Under the pieces are notes generated by a model. It worked only from the letters and a program-made list of their open reading frames with translations. It made no database searches and was not told the DNA's origin. The translations under genes and the position numbers were made by a program. From Candidatus Saccharimonadales bacterium (lineage in GTDB: Bacteria; Patescibacteriota; Saccharimonadia; UBA4664; DATIHN01), in contig DATIHN010000025.1 in the NCBI GenBank assembly GCA_035480635.1, positions 12,384 through 76,383 of the forward strand: a stretch of DNA of 64,000 bases. The letters run 5' to 3'. Every line of letters starts with the position of its first letter. Positions within the stretch are counted from its first letter, which is position 1. Shown piece after piece: positions 1 through 9,872 of this stretch.

Positions 1-1
1 C

Positions 2-376
2 AAAACCGCTGGTCGCGGCACCAAAGGCCAAAATTCCCGTAGTGGCGGTGGCGTGCGATTGGGTTTTGAGGGTGGTCAGAATCCGCTAGCCAAGCGCTTA
101 CCGAAAAAGCGCGGCTTTACCAGCATTAACCGGATCGACTACCAAGAGGTCAATTTGAATCAATTGGATTCGGTCAAAGGTACCCAAATTACTCCCGATA
201 CTCTAGCCCAGGCTAAGTTGGTTAAATCCAGCACCAAACCGGTCAAGATTTTGGGTGATGGTAAAATTGAGCGCAAACTGAGTTTCAAAGTCCAAGCCAT
301 GACGATACAGGCCAAAGCCAAGGTTGAAGCCGCCGGTGGTACAATTGAACTGCTAAGTTCAACTACCAAACCATAA
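2..376 (+). CDS. rplO: 50S ribosomal protein L15 (5' truncated by window edge)
   Basis: Frame from base 2 reads KTAGRGTKGQNSRSGGG..GFEGGQNPL..RLPK; directly upstream of secY. Confidence 0.97.
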   Translation, partial: KTAGRGTKGQNSRSGGGVRLGFEGGQNPLAKRLPKKRGFTSINRIDYQEVNLNQLDSVKGTQITPDTLAQAKLVKSSTKPVKILGDGKIERKLSFKVQAMTIQAKAKVEAAGGTIELLSSTTKP

Positions 377-1689
377 TGAATCTAGGCATTATCAAGCAAG
401 TTTATCGCTCCAGCGACATCCGCAAGCGGGTCCTAGTAGTACTGGGTCTGCTGGTGGCCTTTCGGTTTCTGGCCCATGTGCCAGTGCCGGTGCCTAATAA
501 TGTGGCGCTGACAACTTTCTTACGGACTCTATTTAACTCTAATAAACTGCTCGGTTTTGCCGATCTCTTCTCTGGTGGGGCCCTGACTAACTTTTCGATC
601 ATTATGATGGGAGTTGGCCCCTTCATTAATGCTTCGATCATTATGCAGCTGCTGCAGCAAGCATTGCCTAAACTGGAAGCTTTAGCCAAAGAAGGCGAAC
701 GTGGTCGACAACAAATTAACCAATACACTAGAATGCTGACTCTGCCGCTAGCTTTGATTCAGTCGGTGGCCATGATCTTCTTGGTTCAGCAGACCTCAAA
801 GCGGGTGGCTCAGACTGATCTGATCGGTCACCCGTCGCTATCCCAGTGGTTGCTAATGGTTATTACTATTACCGCCGGCACCATGCTGCTGATGTGGCTG
901 GGCGAAATCATTACTGATAAAGGCATTGGTAACGGGATCTCGCTAATCATTTTTGCAGGTATTGTGGCCCGTTTGCCTTCTAGTGCCGGACAGTTCTTTT
1001 CGCTAGCTCAAAACGATACCGGCAAAATCCTAACCCTAGGCTTCTTCGTGGCCCTGGCTCTAGCAGTCATTTACTTCGTAGTTATTCTAAACGAAGGCCA
1101 GCGTAACATCCCTGTCTCTTATGCCAGGAGGGTTCGCGGTAGTCGAGTCTACGGCGGCGTTGATACTCATTTGCCGCTTAGAGTTATCACCGCCGGCGTC
1201 ATCCCAATCATTTTTGCGCTGGCATTCCTGACCATCCCCGGTTTTGTCGGGCAAATATTCTCAAACGCATCTAGTCAGTGGTTATCATCGTTTGCCCATT
1301 GGCTAACAGCAGTATTTAATCCTAATAACCCGTGGTACGCCGTTATTTACTTCATGCTGGTAGTGGTCTTTACCTACTTTTATACCGCCATCGTCTTTAA
1401 CCCCGATGAAATTGCCGAGAACCTGCAAAAGCAGGGCGGCTTCATTCCTGGCATTCGCCCCGGTGGCCAAACGGCTAGTTACCTGCGCAAACTTCTAAAC
1501 CGCATAACCTTGGCCGGTGCAGTTGGCTTAGGCCTTATCGCCATTCTGCCGTTCATCGCCCAACACTTTACCAACACTCAAACTCTAACCTTCGGCGGCA
1601 CCGGGCTAATCATTGTGGTCAGCGTGGCCATTGAAACAATGAAACAGATCGAAGCCTTGGTGGTGACTGAGAGCTACGAGAATTACTAG
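376..1689 (+). CDS. secY: Preprotein translocase subunit SecY
   Basis: Multi-TM protein with FSGGAL, MGVGPFINASIIMQLL, GIGNGISLIIFAGIV and GGFIPGIRPG motifs. Confidence 0.99.
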   Translation: MNLGIIKQVYRSSDIRKRVLVVLGLLVAFRFLAHVPVPVPNNVALTTFLRTLFNSNKLLGFADLFSGGALTNFSIIMMGVGPFINASIIMQLLQQALPKLEALAKEGERGRQQINQYTRMLTLPLALIQSVAMIFLVQQTSKRVAQTDLIGHPSLSQWLLMVITITAGTMLLMWLGEIITDKGIGNGISLIIFAGIVARLPSSAGQFFSLAQNDTGKILTLGFFVALALAVIYFVVILNEGQRNIPVSYARRVRGSRVYGGVDTHLPLRVITAGVIPIIFALAFLTIPGFVGQIFSNASSQWLSSFAHWLTAVFNPNNPWYAVIYFMLVVVFTYFYTAIVFNPDEIAENLQKQGGFIPGIRPGGQTASYLRKLLNRITLAGAVGLGLIAILPFIAQHFTNTQTLTFGGTGLIIVVSVAIETMKQIEALVVTESYENY

Positions 1690-2345
1690 TGAAGCTGCTT
1701 CTGACGTCAGCCGGCATACGAAACCAGGGAATCGCCGACGCTCTGAAGTCGCTGATCAATAAGCCTGTCGAATCAGTTAAGGTTGGACTAATACCGACCG
1801 CCCAGAATTTTGAGCCTGGTAATAAAGACTTCTTTATCGCCCAGCTAACTAATCTCCAGAAGCATGGGTTTAGCTGGATTGATATTGTTGACCCAGCTGC
1901 TGATGGGATCGACTGGAAATCTAGACTAGACCCTGTTGACATCGTTTTTGTGAGTGGTGGTAACACATTTTATCTTATGGAGGAGACCAGGAAATCGGGA
2001 CTTGGTGACTGGCTCAGTAAAAATATTGCGACCAAGGTTTATGTTGGAGTAAGTGCCGGGTCTATCATGGCTACCCCCTCGATCGCGGTCGCCGAAATCG
2101 ATGATGGCGACGAAAATGCTGTCGGATTGACAGATCTAACCGGCTTGAGCTTTGTTGATTTTGAGGTCTCACCCCATACACCAGAGTTTGTCAGTGTTGA
2201 GGCAAATAATGAATATGCTACTAAAATTGACCGAGAGTTGTATCTAATTGACGACGAATCGGCCATTAAAGTCGATGGCAAAGAAATCACGGTCGTTGGT
2301 GAGGGTAGCCACTCAATACTAAATCAAGCAAAAATCTCCCGTTAA
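1689..2345 (+). CDS. Peptidase E / S51 family (class I glutamine amidotransferase-like)
   Basis: LLLTSAG N-terminus, FVSGGNTFYL, nucleophile motif GVSAGS, PH motif. Confidence 0.85.
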   Translation: MKLLLTSAGIRNQGIADALKSLINKPVESVKVGLIPTAQNFEPGNKDFFIAQLTNLQKHGFSWIDIVDPAADGIDWKSRLDPVDIVFVSGGNTFYLMEETRKSGLGDWLSKNIATKVYVGVSAGSIMATPSIAVAEIDDGDENAVGLTDLTGLSFVDFEVSPHTPEFVSVEANNEYATKIDRELYLIDDESAIKVDGKEITVVGEGSHSILNQAKISR

Positions 2346-2349
2346 CCCC

Positions 2350-2378
2350 TTTACAATTCTGTAAAGTTTCTCTATAAT
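2350..2378 (+). promoter_or_regulatory. sigma70-type promoter for infA-rpmJ-rpsM operon
   Basis: TTTACA-17 nt-TATAAT. Confidence 0.75.
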
Positions 2379-2398
2379 TGAGGACTGTAGCTCAAATT

Positions 2399-2620
2399 AT
2401 GTCTGATACAAAGGAAGTAATCGAGGTCGAAGGCACCGTTTCCGAAACACTGCCGAACGCTATGTTCAAAGTGGAACTCGAGAACGGGCATGTTATTTTA
2501 GCTCACATTTCCGGCAAAATGCGGATGCACTACATCCGAATTGTGCCAGGGGATAAAGTGATGGTTGAAATGACGCCCTATGATCTGGAAAAGGGCCGCA
2601 TTAGATACCGAATAGGCTAA
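2399..2620 (+). CDS. infA: Translation initiation factor IF-1
   Basis: [31 protein letters not shown]; ATG at 2399 preferred. Confidence 0.98.
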   Translation: MSDTKEVIEVEGTVSETLPNAMFKVELENGHVILAHISGKMRMHYIRIVPGDKVMVEMTPYDLEKGRIRYRIG

Positions 2621-2630
2621 AGGTAAAAGC

Positions 2631-2744
2631 ATGAAGGTACGCGCAGGCGTCAAACCAATTTGTTCTAAGTGCAAAGTCGTCCGACGTGAGGGCGTGGTTT
2701 ATGTTATTTGCCCAACGCCTAAGCATAAACAAAGGCAGGGCTAA
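2631..2744 (+). CDS. rpmJ: 50S ribosomal protein L36 (not in ORF track)
   Basis: Manual translation [37 protein letters not shown]. Confidence 0.98.
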   Translation: MKVRAGVKPICSKCKVVRREGVVYVICPTPKHKQRQG

Positions 2745-3130
2745 TGGCACGCATCGCCGGAGTTAACATCCCAGATAGCAAACGAGCCGAGGTGGCCCTA
2801 ACCTATATTTTCGGCATTGGCGTAACTTCCAGCCGCAAAATCTTAGCTGCCGCTAAAGTTAGCGGTGACGCGCGAGTCAAAGATCTAACCGAGGCCCAAA
2901 TCGCCGCCATTAGAGGCGAGATCGAGAAGACCTACACCGTCGAAGGCGATTTACAGCGTCAGGTTAGCACGAACATTAAGCGGTTAAAAGACATTAACGC
3001 CTTTGCGGGCTTAAGACACAAAAATAACTTGCCCGTTCATGGTCAGCGCACCAAGACGAATGCCCGGACCAAACGCGGTAAAAAGATCACTATGGGTAGT
3101 GGTCGTAAGAAAGCGGCTTCTAAGACTTAA
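2744..3130 (+). CDS. rpsM: 30S ribosomal protein S13
   Basis: [32 protein letters not shown]. Confidence 0.99.
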   Translation: MARIAGVNIPDSKRAEVALTYIFGIGVTSSRKILAAAKVSGDARVKDLTEAQIAAIRGEIEKTYTVEGDLQRQVSTNIKRLKDINAFAGLRHKNNLPVHGQRTKTNARTKRGKKITMGSGRKKAASKT

Positions 3131-3135
3131 GGATT

Positions 3136-3534
3136 ATGATGGCACAAACTTCAACCAAAACGACCAGACGCAAGCGCACCAAGAAGAGTATCGCTAGTGG
3201 TGTCGTGCACATTCAGGCCACCTTTAATAACACTATCATTTCAGTAACCGACGATAAGGGTAATCTAGTTAGTTGGTCGAGTTCCGGTGCGGCTGGATTC
3301 AAGGGATCTCGTAAAAGCACCCCATATGCCGCTGGCATTGCCGCTGAACGAGCCCTGACCAGTGCTAAGGATGTTGGTCTAACTAAGGTTGAGGTCTTAG
3401 TCAAAGGTGTTGGCAGTGGTCGGGAAGCCGCCATACGCAGTTTGCAGAGCCTGGGTATCACCGTAACTGGTATCCGCGACGTTACCGGCATTCCTCACAA
3501 TGGTTGCCGACCCCGAAAGCCGAGGCGAGTCTAA
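3136..3534 (+). CDS. rpsK: 30S ribosomal protein S11
   Basis: [30 protein letters not shown]. Confidence 0.99.
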   Translation: MMAQTSTKTTRRKRTKKSIASGVVHIQATFNNTIISVTDDKGNLVSWSSSGAAGFKGSRKSTPYAAGIAAERALTSAKDVGLTKVEVLVKGVGSGREAAIRSLQSLGITVTGIRDVTGIPHNGCRPRKPRRV

Positions 3535-4151
3535 TGGCTAGAGACCTAATGCCAGTGGTAAAGCGCTCGCGGCGCGAAAAAATCGCCTTGCACCCCAAAG
3601 CTATTAAGGCTATGACCAAAAAACCCTACGGCCCGGGCGAGCACGGTCAGACTAATTTGCGCTCAAAACCCAGCCAGTACGCTATTCAACTCCGTGAAAA
3701 GCAAAAAGTTAAGCGCCTCTACGGCTTGCTGGAAAAGCAATTTGCGACCCTAGTTGGCCAGGCTGAGCATCGGCCGGGGGTAACCGGTGATATCATGTTG
3801 CAAATGCTCGAACAGCGCTTGGATAACGCTGTCTATCGCATAGGCTTCGCCGGCAGTCGGCAGGCGGCCAGGCAATTAGTCACTCACGGTCACTTCATCC
3901 TCAACGATCGTCGGGTGGATATTCCCTCGATTCGCTTGAAGCCGGGCGATGAGTTTAAGGTGCGGCCCAAGAGTCAGACCAACGAATACTTTAAGCTTTT
4001 AGAACCGGTGCTGAAATCAGCTAAGCCTGACGTGCGCTGGCTGAGTCTGGACGCAGCCAAACTAAGCGTTAAAGTTACTGGTCTGCCAGCGCGCGAAGAC
4101 GTTGTTGACGACATCAATGAACAGTTAATTATTGAGTTCTACTCAAGGTAA
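3534..4151 (+). CDS. rpsD: 30S ribosomal protein S4
   Basis: PGEHG, QLREKQK, LEQRLDNAVYR, ARQLVTHGH, IEFYSR; ATG 3534 overlaps rpsK stop. Confidence 0.98.
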   Translation: MARDLMPVVKRSRREKIALHPKAIKAMTKKPYGPGEHGQTNLRSKPSQYAIQLREKQKVKRLYGLLEKQFATLVGQAEHRPGVTGDIMLQMLEQRLDNAVYRIGFAGSRQAARQLVTHGHFILNDRRVDIPSIRLKPGDEFKVRPKSQTNEYFKLLEPVLKSAKPDVRWLSLDAAKLSVKVTGLPAREDVVDDINEQLIIEFYSR

Positions 4152-4164
4152 ATAAGGAGGCCAA

Positions 4165-5103
4165 GTGCTACACCCAATCCAACTACCAGAATTAAAAACC
4201 ACTTCGGAGGATGGCAACAAAGCTACGTTTGCCATCGAGCCACTCTATTCCGGCTATGGCATGACGCTGGGCAATTCCTTGCGCCGCGTTATTCTATCCA
4301 GTCTTAGTGGTGCGGCCGTGACAGCCGTAAAAATCGATAATGTCTCACACGAATTTTCGACCATTGAAGGCGTCAAAGAAGACGTGGTAGAAATCATTTT
4401 GAATCTTAAAAAACTGCGCTTTAAGGTCTTTAGTGATGAGCCTCAATTCCTGATTCTAACCAAATCTGGATCGGGCGAGGTTAAAGCCAAAGACATTAAA
4501 ACCACCGCCGATGCTGAAATTATCAATCCAGATCAGTTGATTGCTACACTAGACAATTCGAAGAGCAAGCTTGGAATGGAAATCAAGGTCGAAAAGGGCC
4601 GCGGCTATGTACCGGTTGAAGCCAGAGAAAGTGAAAAGCTGGAAGTTGGCATGATTGCGGTTGATGCTCTCTACAGCCCCGTTCAAAGGGTTCGCTACAG
4701 TGTCGAAAACACCCGCGTTGGTCAAATGACCGACCTCGATCGCTTGGTCATTGAAATCGAAACTGATGGTAGCGTTAGCCCCCTTGATGCCCTCAGCCAA
4801 GCTGCTGATATCTTGGTAGAACACTTCTCGGTTGTGGCGGGCAACGCTCAGCCAGAACCAACCGATGGTGCGATAGAAGATCGTAGTGAAGGTGATGCCG
4901 CCAAAATTAGCATCGAGGAAGTTAACTTCTCTCCCAGAACCAGTAACGCTTTAATCAACAACGACATCAAAACCATTAAAGACTTACTGCGGCTGAGTGA
5001 TCAAGAGCTAAAGGACCTGAAAGGCTTCGGAGCCAAAGCTTACGATGAAGTTAAAGATAAGTTGGCCGAACTAGGTTTTAGTAAACAGGAGGCCGAGGTT
5101 TAA
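4165..5103 (+). CDS. rpoA: RNA polymerase subunit alpha
   Basis: GMTLGNSLRRVILSS, HEFSTIEGVKED, alpha-CTD; AGGAGG SD. Confidence 0.99.
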   Translation: MLHPIQLPELKTTSEDGNKATFAIEPLYSGYGMTLGNSLRRVILSSLSGAAVTAVKIDNVSHEFSTIEGVKEDVVEIILNLKKLRFKVFSDEPQFLILTKSGSGEVKAKDIKTTADAEIINPDQLIATLDNSKSKLGMEIKVEKGRGYVPVEARESEKLEVGMIAVDALYSPVQRVRYSVENTRVGQMTDLDRLVIEIETDGSVSPLDALSQAADILVEHFSVVAGNAQPEPTDGAIEDRSEGDAAKISIEEVNFSPRTSNALINNDIKTIKDLLRLSDQELKDLKGFGAKAYDEVKDKLAELGFSKQEAEV

Positions 5104-5106
5104 GCA

Positions 5107-5586
5107 ATGCATCGCCACGCCTACAATGGTCGTAAATTGTCCCGCCAGCGCGATCAGCGACTGGCTTTGGTGCGTGGCCAAATTATTTCGCTAGTTCTCT
5201 ATGAGCACATTGAAACAACCTTAGCCAAAGCCAAAACAGTAGCACCGGAAATGGAGCGTCTAATCACTAAGGCCAAAAGCGGTACTTTAGCCGATCGGAG
5301 ATCCATCGAAGCCGAGATTACTAGTTCAAGTGCGGTCAAAAAACTAATGACCGATTTGGCCCCACGATTCAAGGACCGGACCGGTGGCTATACTAGAATT
5401 ATTAAAACTAGCAACCGTTTGGGCGATAATGCGCCAATGGCGGTACTGTCCTTAGTGATATCCGAACCAGCCGCTAAGCCGGATGATAAGACTGAGGCCG
5501 TAGCTGAATCGACTCCAAAAGCCAAACCAGCGGCCAAAAAGCCGGCCGTGAAGCGCTCAGCTAAAACTGCTGGAGCCAAGTCATGA
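5107..5586 (+). CDS. rplQ: 50S ribosomal protein L17 with Lys/Ala-rich C-terminal tail
   Basis: GRKLSR, IETTLAKAK, RTGGYTRIIK, RLGDNA. Confidence 0.98.
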   Translation: MHRHAYNGRKLSRQRDQRLALVRGQIISLVLYEHIETTLAKAKTVAPEMERLITKAKSGTLADRRSIEAEITSSSAVKKLMTDLAPRFKDRTGGYTRIIKTSNRLGDNAPMAVLSLVISEPAAKPDDKTEAVAESTPKAKPAAKKPAVKRSAKTAGAKS

Positions 5587-6029
5587 AGACTTACTCACCT
5601 AAAGCTAGCGAAATTAGCCGCACCTGGTACCTAGTTGATGCCAAGGACCAAGTTCTGGGCCGGTTGGCTAGCCATTTGGCTATGTTTTTGCAGGGCAAGC
5701 ATAAACCAGGGTTTGCGGCGCATTTGGATTCTGGCGATTTCGTGGTAGTTATAAACGCCAGTAAAATTAAGCTAACAGGCAATAAACTAGAAGACAAAAC
5801 TTATTATCACCACTCAGGTTACCCCGGTGGGATTAAAGAAACCAGTTTGAAGCAAAAGATGGCGCAAGATCCGAGCTGGGTTATAAAGCACGCCGTTGCT
5901 GGGATGCTGCCCAAAAACCGCCTGAGCGATGATCGGCTGAAGCGCCTGAAGGTCTATGCCTCTAGTCAGCATTTACACGCCGGCCAAACCCCGGTTCCAT
6001 TATCATTTGACACCAAGGAGTCGAACTAA
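5583..6029 (+). CDS. rplM: 50S ribosomal protein L13
   Basis: WYLVDAKDQVLGRLAS, GKHKP, HSGYPGG, GMLPKN. Confidence 0.99.
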   Translation: MKTYSPKASEISRTWYLVDAKDQVLGRLASHLAMFLQGKHKPGFAAHLDSGDFVVVINASKIKLTGNKLEDKTYYHHSGYPGGIKETSLKQKMAQDPSWVIKHAVAGMLPKNRLSDDRLKRLKVYASSQHLHAGQTPVPLSFDTKESN

Positions 6030-6427
6030 TGCCAGAAACTGCTAAATATTATTACGCCAAAGGACGCCGCAAAGAGGCCGTGGCTACAGCTCGCTTATTC
6101 TCAGGCAAGGGCACCACAATGGTCAATGATGTGACCGTCATGGAATACTTTAATAACAAAACCCTGGTGGCCGCCCTCGATCAGCCACTGAAGGAAACTG
6201 GCAACGAAACTAAACTCTACGCTACCATCAAAGTTAGTGGCGGCGGCAAACACGGGCAGGCCGAAGCGGCCAGATTAGCCATTGCCCGGGCCTTACTAGA
6301 ACTCAATGCCGACTTGCGGCCAACCCTAAAGAAAGCTGGCCTATTAACCCGCGACCCAAGAGAAAAGGAACGCAAAAAGCCTGGTCTCAAACGGGCTCGC
6401 AAGGCTTCGCAGTTCTCAAAACGCTAG
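6029..6427 (+). CDS. rpsI: 30S ribosomal protein S9
   Basis: GRRKEAVA, GGGKHGQA, LTRDPREKERKKPG, QFSKR. Confidence 0.99.
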   Translation: MPETAKYYYAKGRRKEAVATARLFSGKGTTMVNDVTVMEYFNNKTLVAALDQPLKETGNETKLYATIKVSGGGKHGQAEAARLAIARALLELNADLRPTLKKAGLLTRDPREKERKKPGLKRARKASQFSKR

Positions 6428-6476
6428 TTCAAGCTTCACTGTCGAATCAGGAACATAAGCAGTATATAATATAGGG

Positions 6477-7478
6477 GTGAGCAAACGCGGCAATCGAACA
6501 TTGCTGAGAATTTCGGTACTCTCCATTCTACTGGTGGCGGTCGGTACTTTTGGTTTCGCTCGCTTTGAGCATTACAATTATGCTCTATCTCTCTACACCA
6601 CCTTACTAGTGCTGTTAACGCATTATCCGCATGGCGATGTTGCGACCTGGCAAGGCAAAACGCTATTAATTTTTTTAATTATTGCCAGCCTCGTCATCAT
6701 TGCTTATTTGCTTAAGTGGTTTGCCGAATATATGATTGGAATAGGTGGAAATGTACGAAAGCGACATGTGAAAGCAAAAATTGATAAACTCAAAGGGCAT
6801 TATATAGTCTGCGGTCTGGGACGCGTTGGCTCCCAAGTCGCCCGCGAAATGGCTATTGAGGGCATCGCCTTCGTTGGCATAGATAAAGACCAAGAAAGAG
6901 TCGATGAAGCTCTCGAATCTGGCTATTTGGCCTTTTGCGCCGACAGTAGCGCTGAGGGGACATTGCTTGATGCTGGAATTTCAAGAGCTAAGGGGTTGGT
7001 CGCAAGCCTAGGCGAGGATTCACTAAACTTGTTCGTGACGCTCGCAGCAAAATCACTTAATGGCAAAGTTTACGTCGTAGCTAGAGCCAATCGCCAAGAA
7101 AGCGAACTTAAATTAAAACGAGCTGGAGCCGATCGAGTTGCCCTACCTTATCAAATTGGTGGTTACCACATGGCTTCCATGGTGCTCAGGCCTAATGTGG
7201 TTGATTATCTGGATGTCATCAACACCAACGGCAGCAATAAAGACTTACAGGTTGAAGAGATGATAGTCGGCGATAAATCTGAACTGGCCGGCCATCGCTT
7301 GGCTGAGCATAAATTTTTGGTCGAAGGCTCTAATGGTGCGACGGTTATTGCGATTAACGGCTCCGATGGCTCAAGCATTGTTCGGCCATCGGGTAGCGAA
7401 GTAATTTACCCTGGGGATCGCTTAATTCTGCTGGGAGCAAAGAAAGATCTGACCGAGGCTTCGGCCCTGATTCGCTAA
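6477..7478 (+). CDS. MthK/Kch-like 2-TM channel with RCK (TrkA-N/TrkA-C) domains and atypical filter
   Basis: Two TM helices, HYIVCGLGRVG Rossmann motif, TrkA-C end (IYPGDRLILLG); pore region reads THYPHGD. Confidence 0.85.
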   Translation: MSKRGNRTLLRISVLSILLVAVGTFGFARFEHYNYALSLYTTLLVLLTHYPHGDVATWQGKTLLIFLIIASLVIIAYLLKWFAEYMIGIGGNVRKRHVKAKIDKLKGHYIVCGLGRVGSQVAREMAIEGIAFVGIDKDQERVDEALESGYLAFCADSSAEGTLLDAGISRAKGLVASLGEDSLNLFVTLAAKSLNGKVYVVARANRQESELKLKRAGADRVALPYQIGGYHMASMVLRPNVVDYLDVINTNGSNKDLQVEEMIVGDKSELAGHRLAEHKFLVEGSNGATVIAINGSDGSSIVRPSGSEVIYPGDRLILLGAKKDLTEASALIR

Positions 7479-8345
7479 ATGAAACGCCACCGAGTTGGTG
7501 TCAGTGAAGCCGGACATAGATTGGATGTGGTTGCGATGGCCTGGCTCGGTCTTAGCCGCAATCAGGCGTCACAGTTAATCAAATCGCATCAAATTACCGT
7601 TGATAATCAGGCTGTTAAAGCCGGTGCAATGCTCAAGTTGAATAGTTTACTAAGGTATCATCCGACTAATAACTTAAAAATTGTGCCTAGTTCGAGTAAG
7701 CTAAAAGTTTTATACCAAGATGAGGCCGTGATGGTAGTCGATAAGCCCGCTGGACTATTAGTCCACCCAACCTCGACGCAAGCAAATGATATCACTGTTG
7801 CCGACCTGATTAGGCATGATACAACTGACAAAGATGAGCTTAGACCCGGAATTGTCCATCGTTTGGACCGCGATACATCAGGATTAATCATTATCGCTAA
7901 ATCGCAGGTCGGTAAAACCGCTATGCAAGCAGCTTTCCGCAAACATTTGGTAAAAAAAGAATATCTCGCTTTGGTAGAAGGACATTTAGATAAACCGGTG
8001 GCTGAGATTAGCTTGCCGATTGCGGCTGATAGTGGTTCTAGGCGGAAAATCCATCCCGCTGGCAAAGCGGCTATGACTAGCTATAAAGTTGCCAAAGTCT
8101 ATTCGAATTCTACATTGGTCCGAGCTTGGCCCGCCACCGGTCGAACTCACCAGTTACGAGTCCACTTTGCCGCTATTGGACATCCAATTGTGGGTGATAA
8201 AGTATATGGCCACCCCAACCAGAGCTTAGCTAGGCAATTCTTACACGCTACCAAACTTGAATTTAGATCCCCGACTAATAAGTGGGTAGAAGTGAGTAGC
8301 CCACTGCCCAAGGAATTAAAAGACTACCTTAGAACTCTAGGTTGA
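7479..8345 (+). CDS. RluA/RluD-family pseudouridine synthase
   Basis: S4-like N-terminus, DKPAGLLVHP, HRLDRDTSG, TGRTHQLRVH, PIVGD. Confidence 0.95.
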   Translation: MKRHRVGVSEAGHRLDVVAMAWLGLSRNQASQLIKSHQITVDNQAVKAGAMLKLNSLLRYHPTNNLKIVPSSSKLKVLYQDEAVMVVDKPAGLLVHPTSTQANDITVADLIRHDTTDKDELRPGIVHRLDRDTSGLIIIAKSQVGKTAMQAAFRKHLVKKEYLALVEGHLDKPVAEISLPIAADSGSRRKIHPAGKAAMTSYKVAKVYSNSTLVRAWPATGRTHQLRVHFAAIGHPIVGDKVYGHPNQSLARQFLHATKLEFRSPTNKWVEVSSPLPKELKDYLRTLG

Positions 8346-8360
8346 GCATATAATAGGGGC

Positions 8361-9209
8361 GTGGAATTAATTTATCACCCCATAACCAAACGCCAGTTGG
8401 CGGCTATTGATCGCGGCTCAGGCTCTTATATTTTTAGTGGTGCTAGTGGCAATGGCCGCGGTCAAGCAGCGATTAGTTTAGCCAAAAAACTCAACTGTTT
8501 GCAGGGCGGAGACGACAATTGTGCAATTTGTCGAAACATTGAGGCTACTAGCTTTCCCGATTTAATTGAAGTTACCGGAGGAGATAAACGGCTTGGCATT
8601 GAGCAAGTCCAAACCTTGCAGCAGGCCCTTTCCAGCCGACCAATGACGGAAGCCACTACTCGGGTAGTGGTGATAGATAGTGATTCTGGCATTACACCAG
8701 AGGCCCAGAATCGATTACTTAAAACCTTAGAGGAACCACCAGAGAGCACCATTATTATCATCAAAGCCACCGAAATCGATCAGTTGTTACCCACGATTAG
8801 ATCACGCTGCCAGATCATCCATTTCTTACCAGCCCGCCGCTCCGATATTGCGACTTTATTAGGGACCAAATTTTCACAAGTTAGCGCAGATGCCGTTTTA
8901 GCACTGAATCCAGCGACAGTTGGTGAGGCTATGATGCTTGCCAGCGATGATGAAACCAAGAAGGAGCGCCAAAGTCTCTATGATGCTGCTAACAACTTTT
9001 TATCCGCCTCCCTGTACCAGCGCCTAACAATGCTAACTAGTCCAATAATGGCCGATAACTATCAAGCCATCATAGAAATATTAGCCAAAAAAGTTAGTCG
9101 AAGCCCAGCCTCTTTAGGTTCGATAATTAGCATCGAAAAGGCTCAAGCTAGAATCAGGGCCAACGTTGGGGCGCGTAGTGTATTGGAGGCCATGGCGATC
9201 GAGCTATGA
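8361..9209 (+). CDS. holB: DNA polymerase III delta' subunit
   Basis: Zn motif C..C..C..C, AQNRLLKTLEEPP, LLPTIRSRC, degenerate P-loop. Confidence 0.88.
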   Translation: MELIYHPITKRQLAAIDRGSGSYIFSGASGNGRGQAAISLAKKLNCLQGGDDNCAICRNIEATSFPDLIEVTGGDKRLGIEQVQTLQQALSSRPMTEATTRVVVIDSDSGITPEAQNRLLKTLEEPPESTIIIIKATEIDQLLPTIRSRCQIIHFLPARRSDIATLLGTKFSQVSADAVLALNPATVGEAMMLASDDETKKERQSLYDAANNFLSASLYQRLTMLTSPIMADNYQAIIEILAKKVSRSPASLGSIISIEKAQARIRANVGARSVLEAMAIEL

Positions 9210-9862
9210 TGATCGAACTGCTATTTTTCGTAGTGGCGGTGATCATCCTAACCAGGGCAATTAGAGACTTGCAGCGGCCAGTAGCGGCCAAAGCTGTTAC
9301 GCACAGCCAAAAATCGCCCCAGCTGGCTCATTTTGAAACTTATGCCAATCGTCTCTATGGCGAGCGGCAGTATTTGGCGGCCGAGAAGGCCTACCTCAAA
9401 GTCTTAAAGCTTAATCACAAGGATCAGCACGCTTACAACCGCCTTGGCATGATCTATGTGGCGCTGAAGAATTATCCCGACGCCATTGAATGCTTCCAGA
9501 TAGCAGCTCAGTTAAAACCGAGCGCCGCTGGCTGGTATAATCTGGGACTAGCTTATTTCGAAAATGATAACGCCATCAAAGCCATCTCGGCCATCGAAAA
9601 ATCAATAATGTTTGAGCCAACTGCCGCTCGCTTCGTCACTTTGGCTAGGGCTTACACCAAGGTATCCAACTCCTCAAAGGCCATATCGGCGCTAGAGCGA
9701 GCCAGTGACCTAGAGTCATCCAAGAAGACTCTAAGTTTATTGGCTGAGGCTTACACTAAGAACCATGATCGTGAAAAAGCCGTTGAAACTTATCAAAGAA
9801 TATTAGAAATTGATCCGACTGATGCCAAAGCCAAACGCTTGGCTGGTACTACCGTAAGCTAA
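9206..9862 (+). CDS. Membrane-anchored TPR protein
   Basis: N-terminal TM helix followed by TPR repeats (AYNRLGMIY, WYNLGLAY). Confidence 0.85.
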   Translation: MMIELLFFVVAVIILTRAIRDLQRPVAAKAVTHSQKSPQLAHFETYANRLYGERQYLAAEKAYLKVLKLNHKDQHAYNRLGMIYVALKNYPDAIECFQIAAQLKPSAAGWYNLGLAYFENDNAIKAISAIEKSIMFEPTAARFVTLARAYTKVSNSSKAISALERASDLESSKKTLSLLAEAYTKNHDREKAVETYQRILEIDPTDAKAKRLAGTTVS

Positions 9863-9872
9863 TAGAGCGAAG

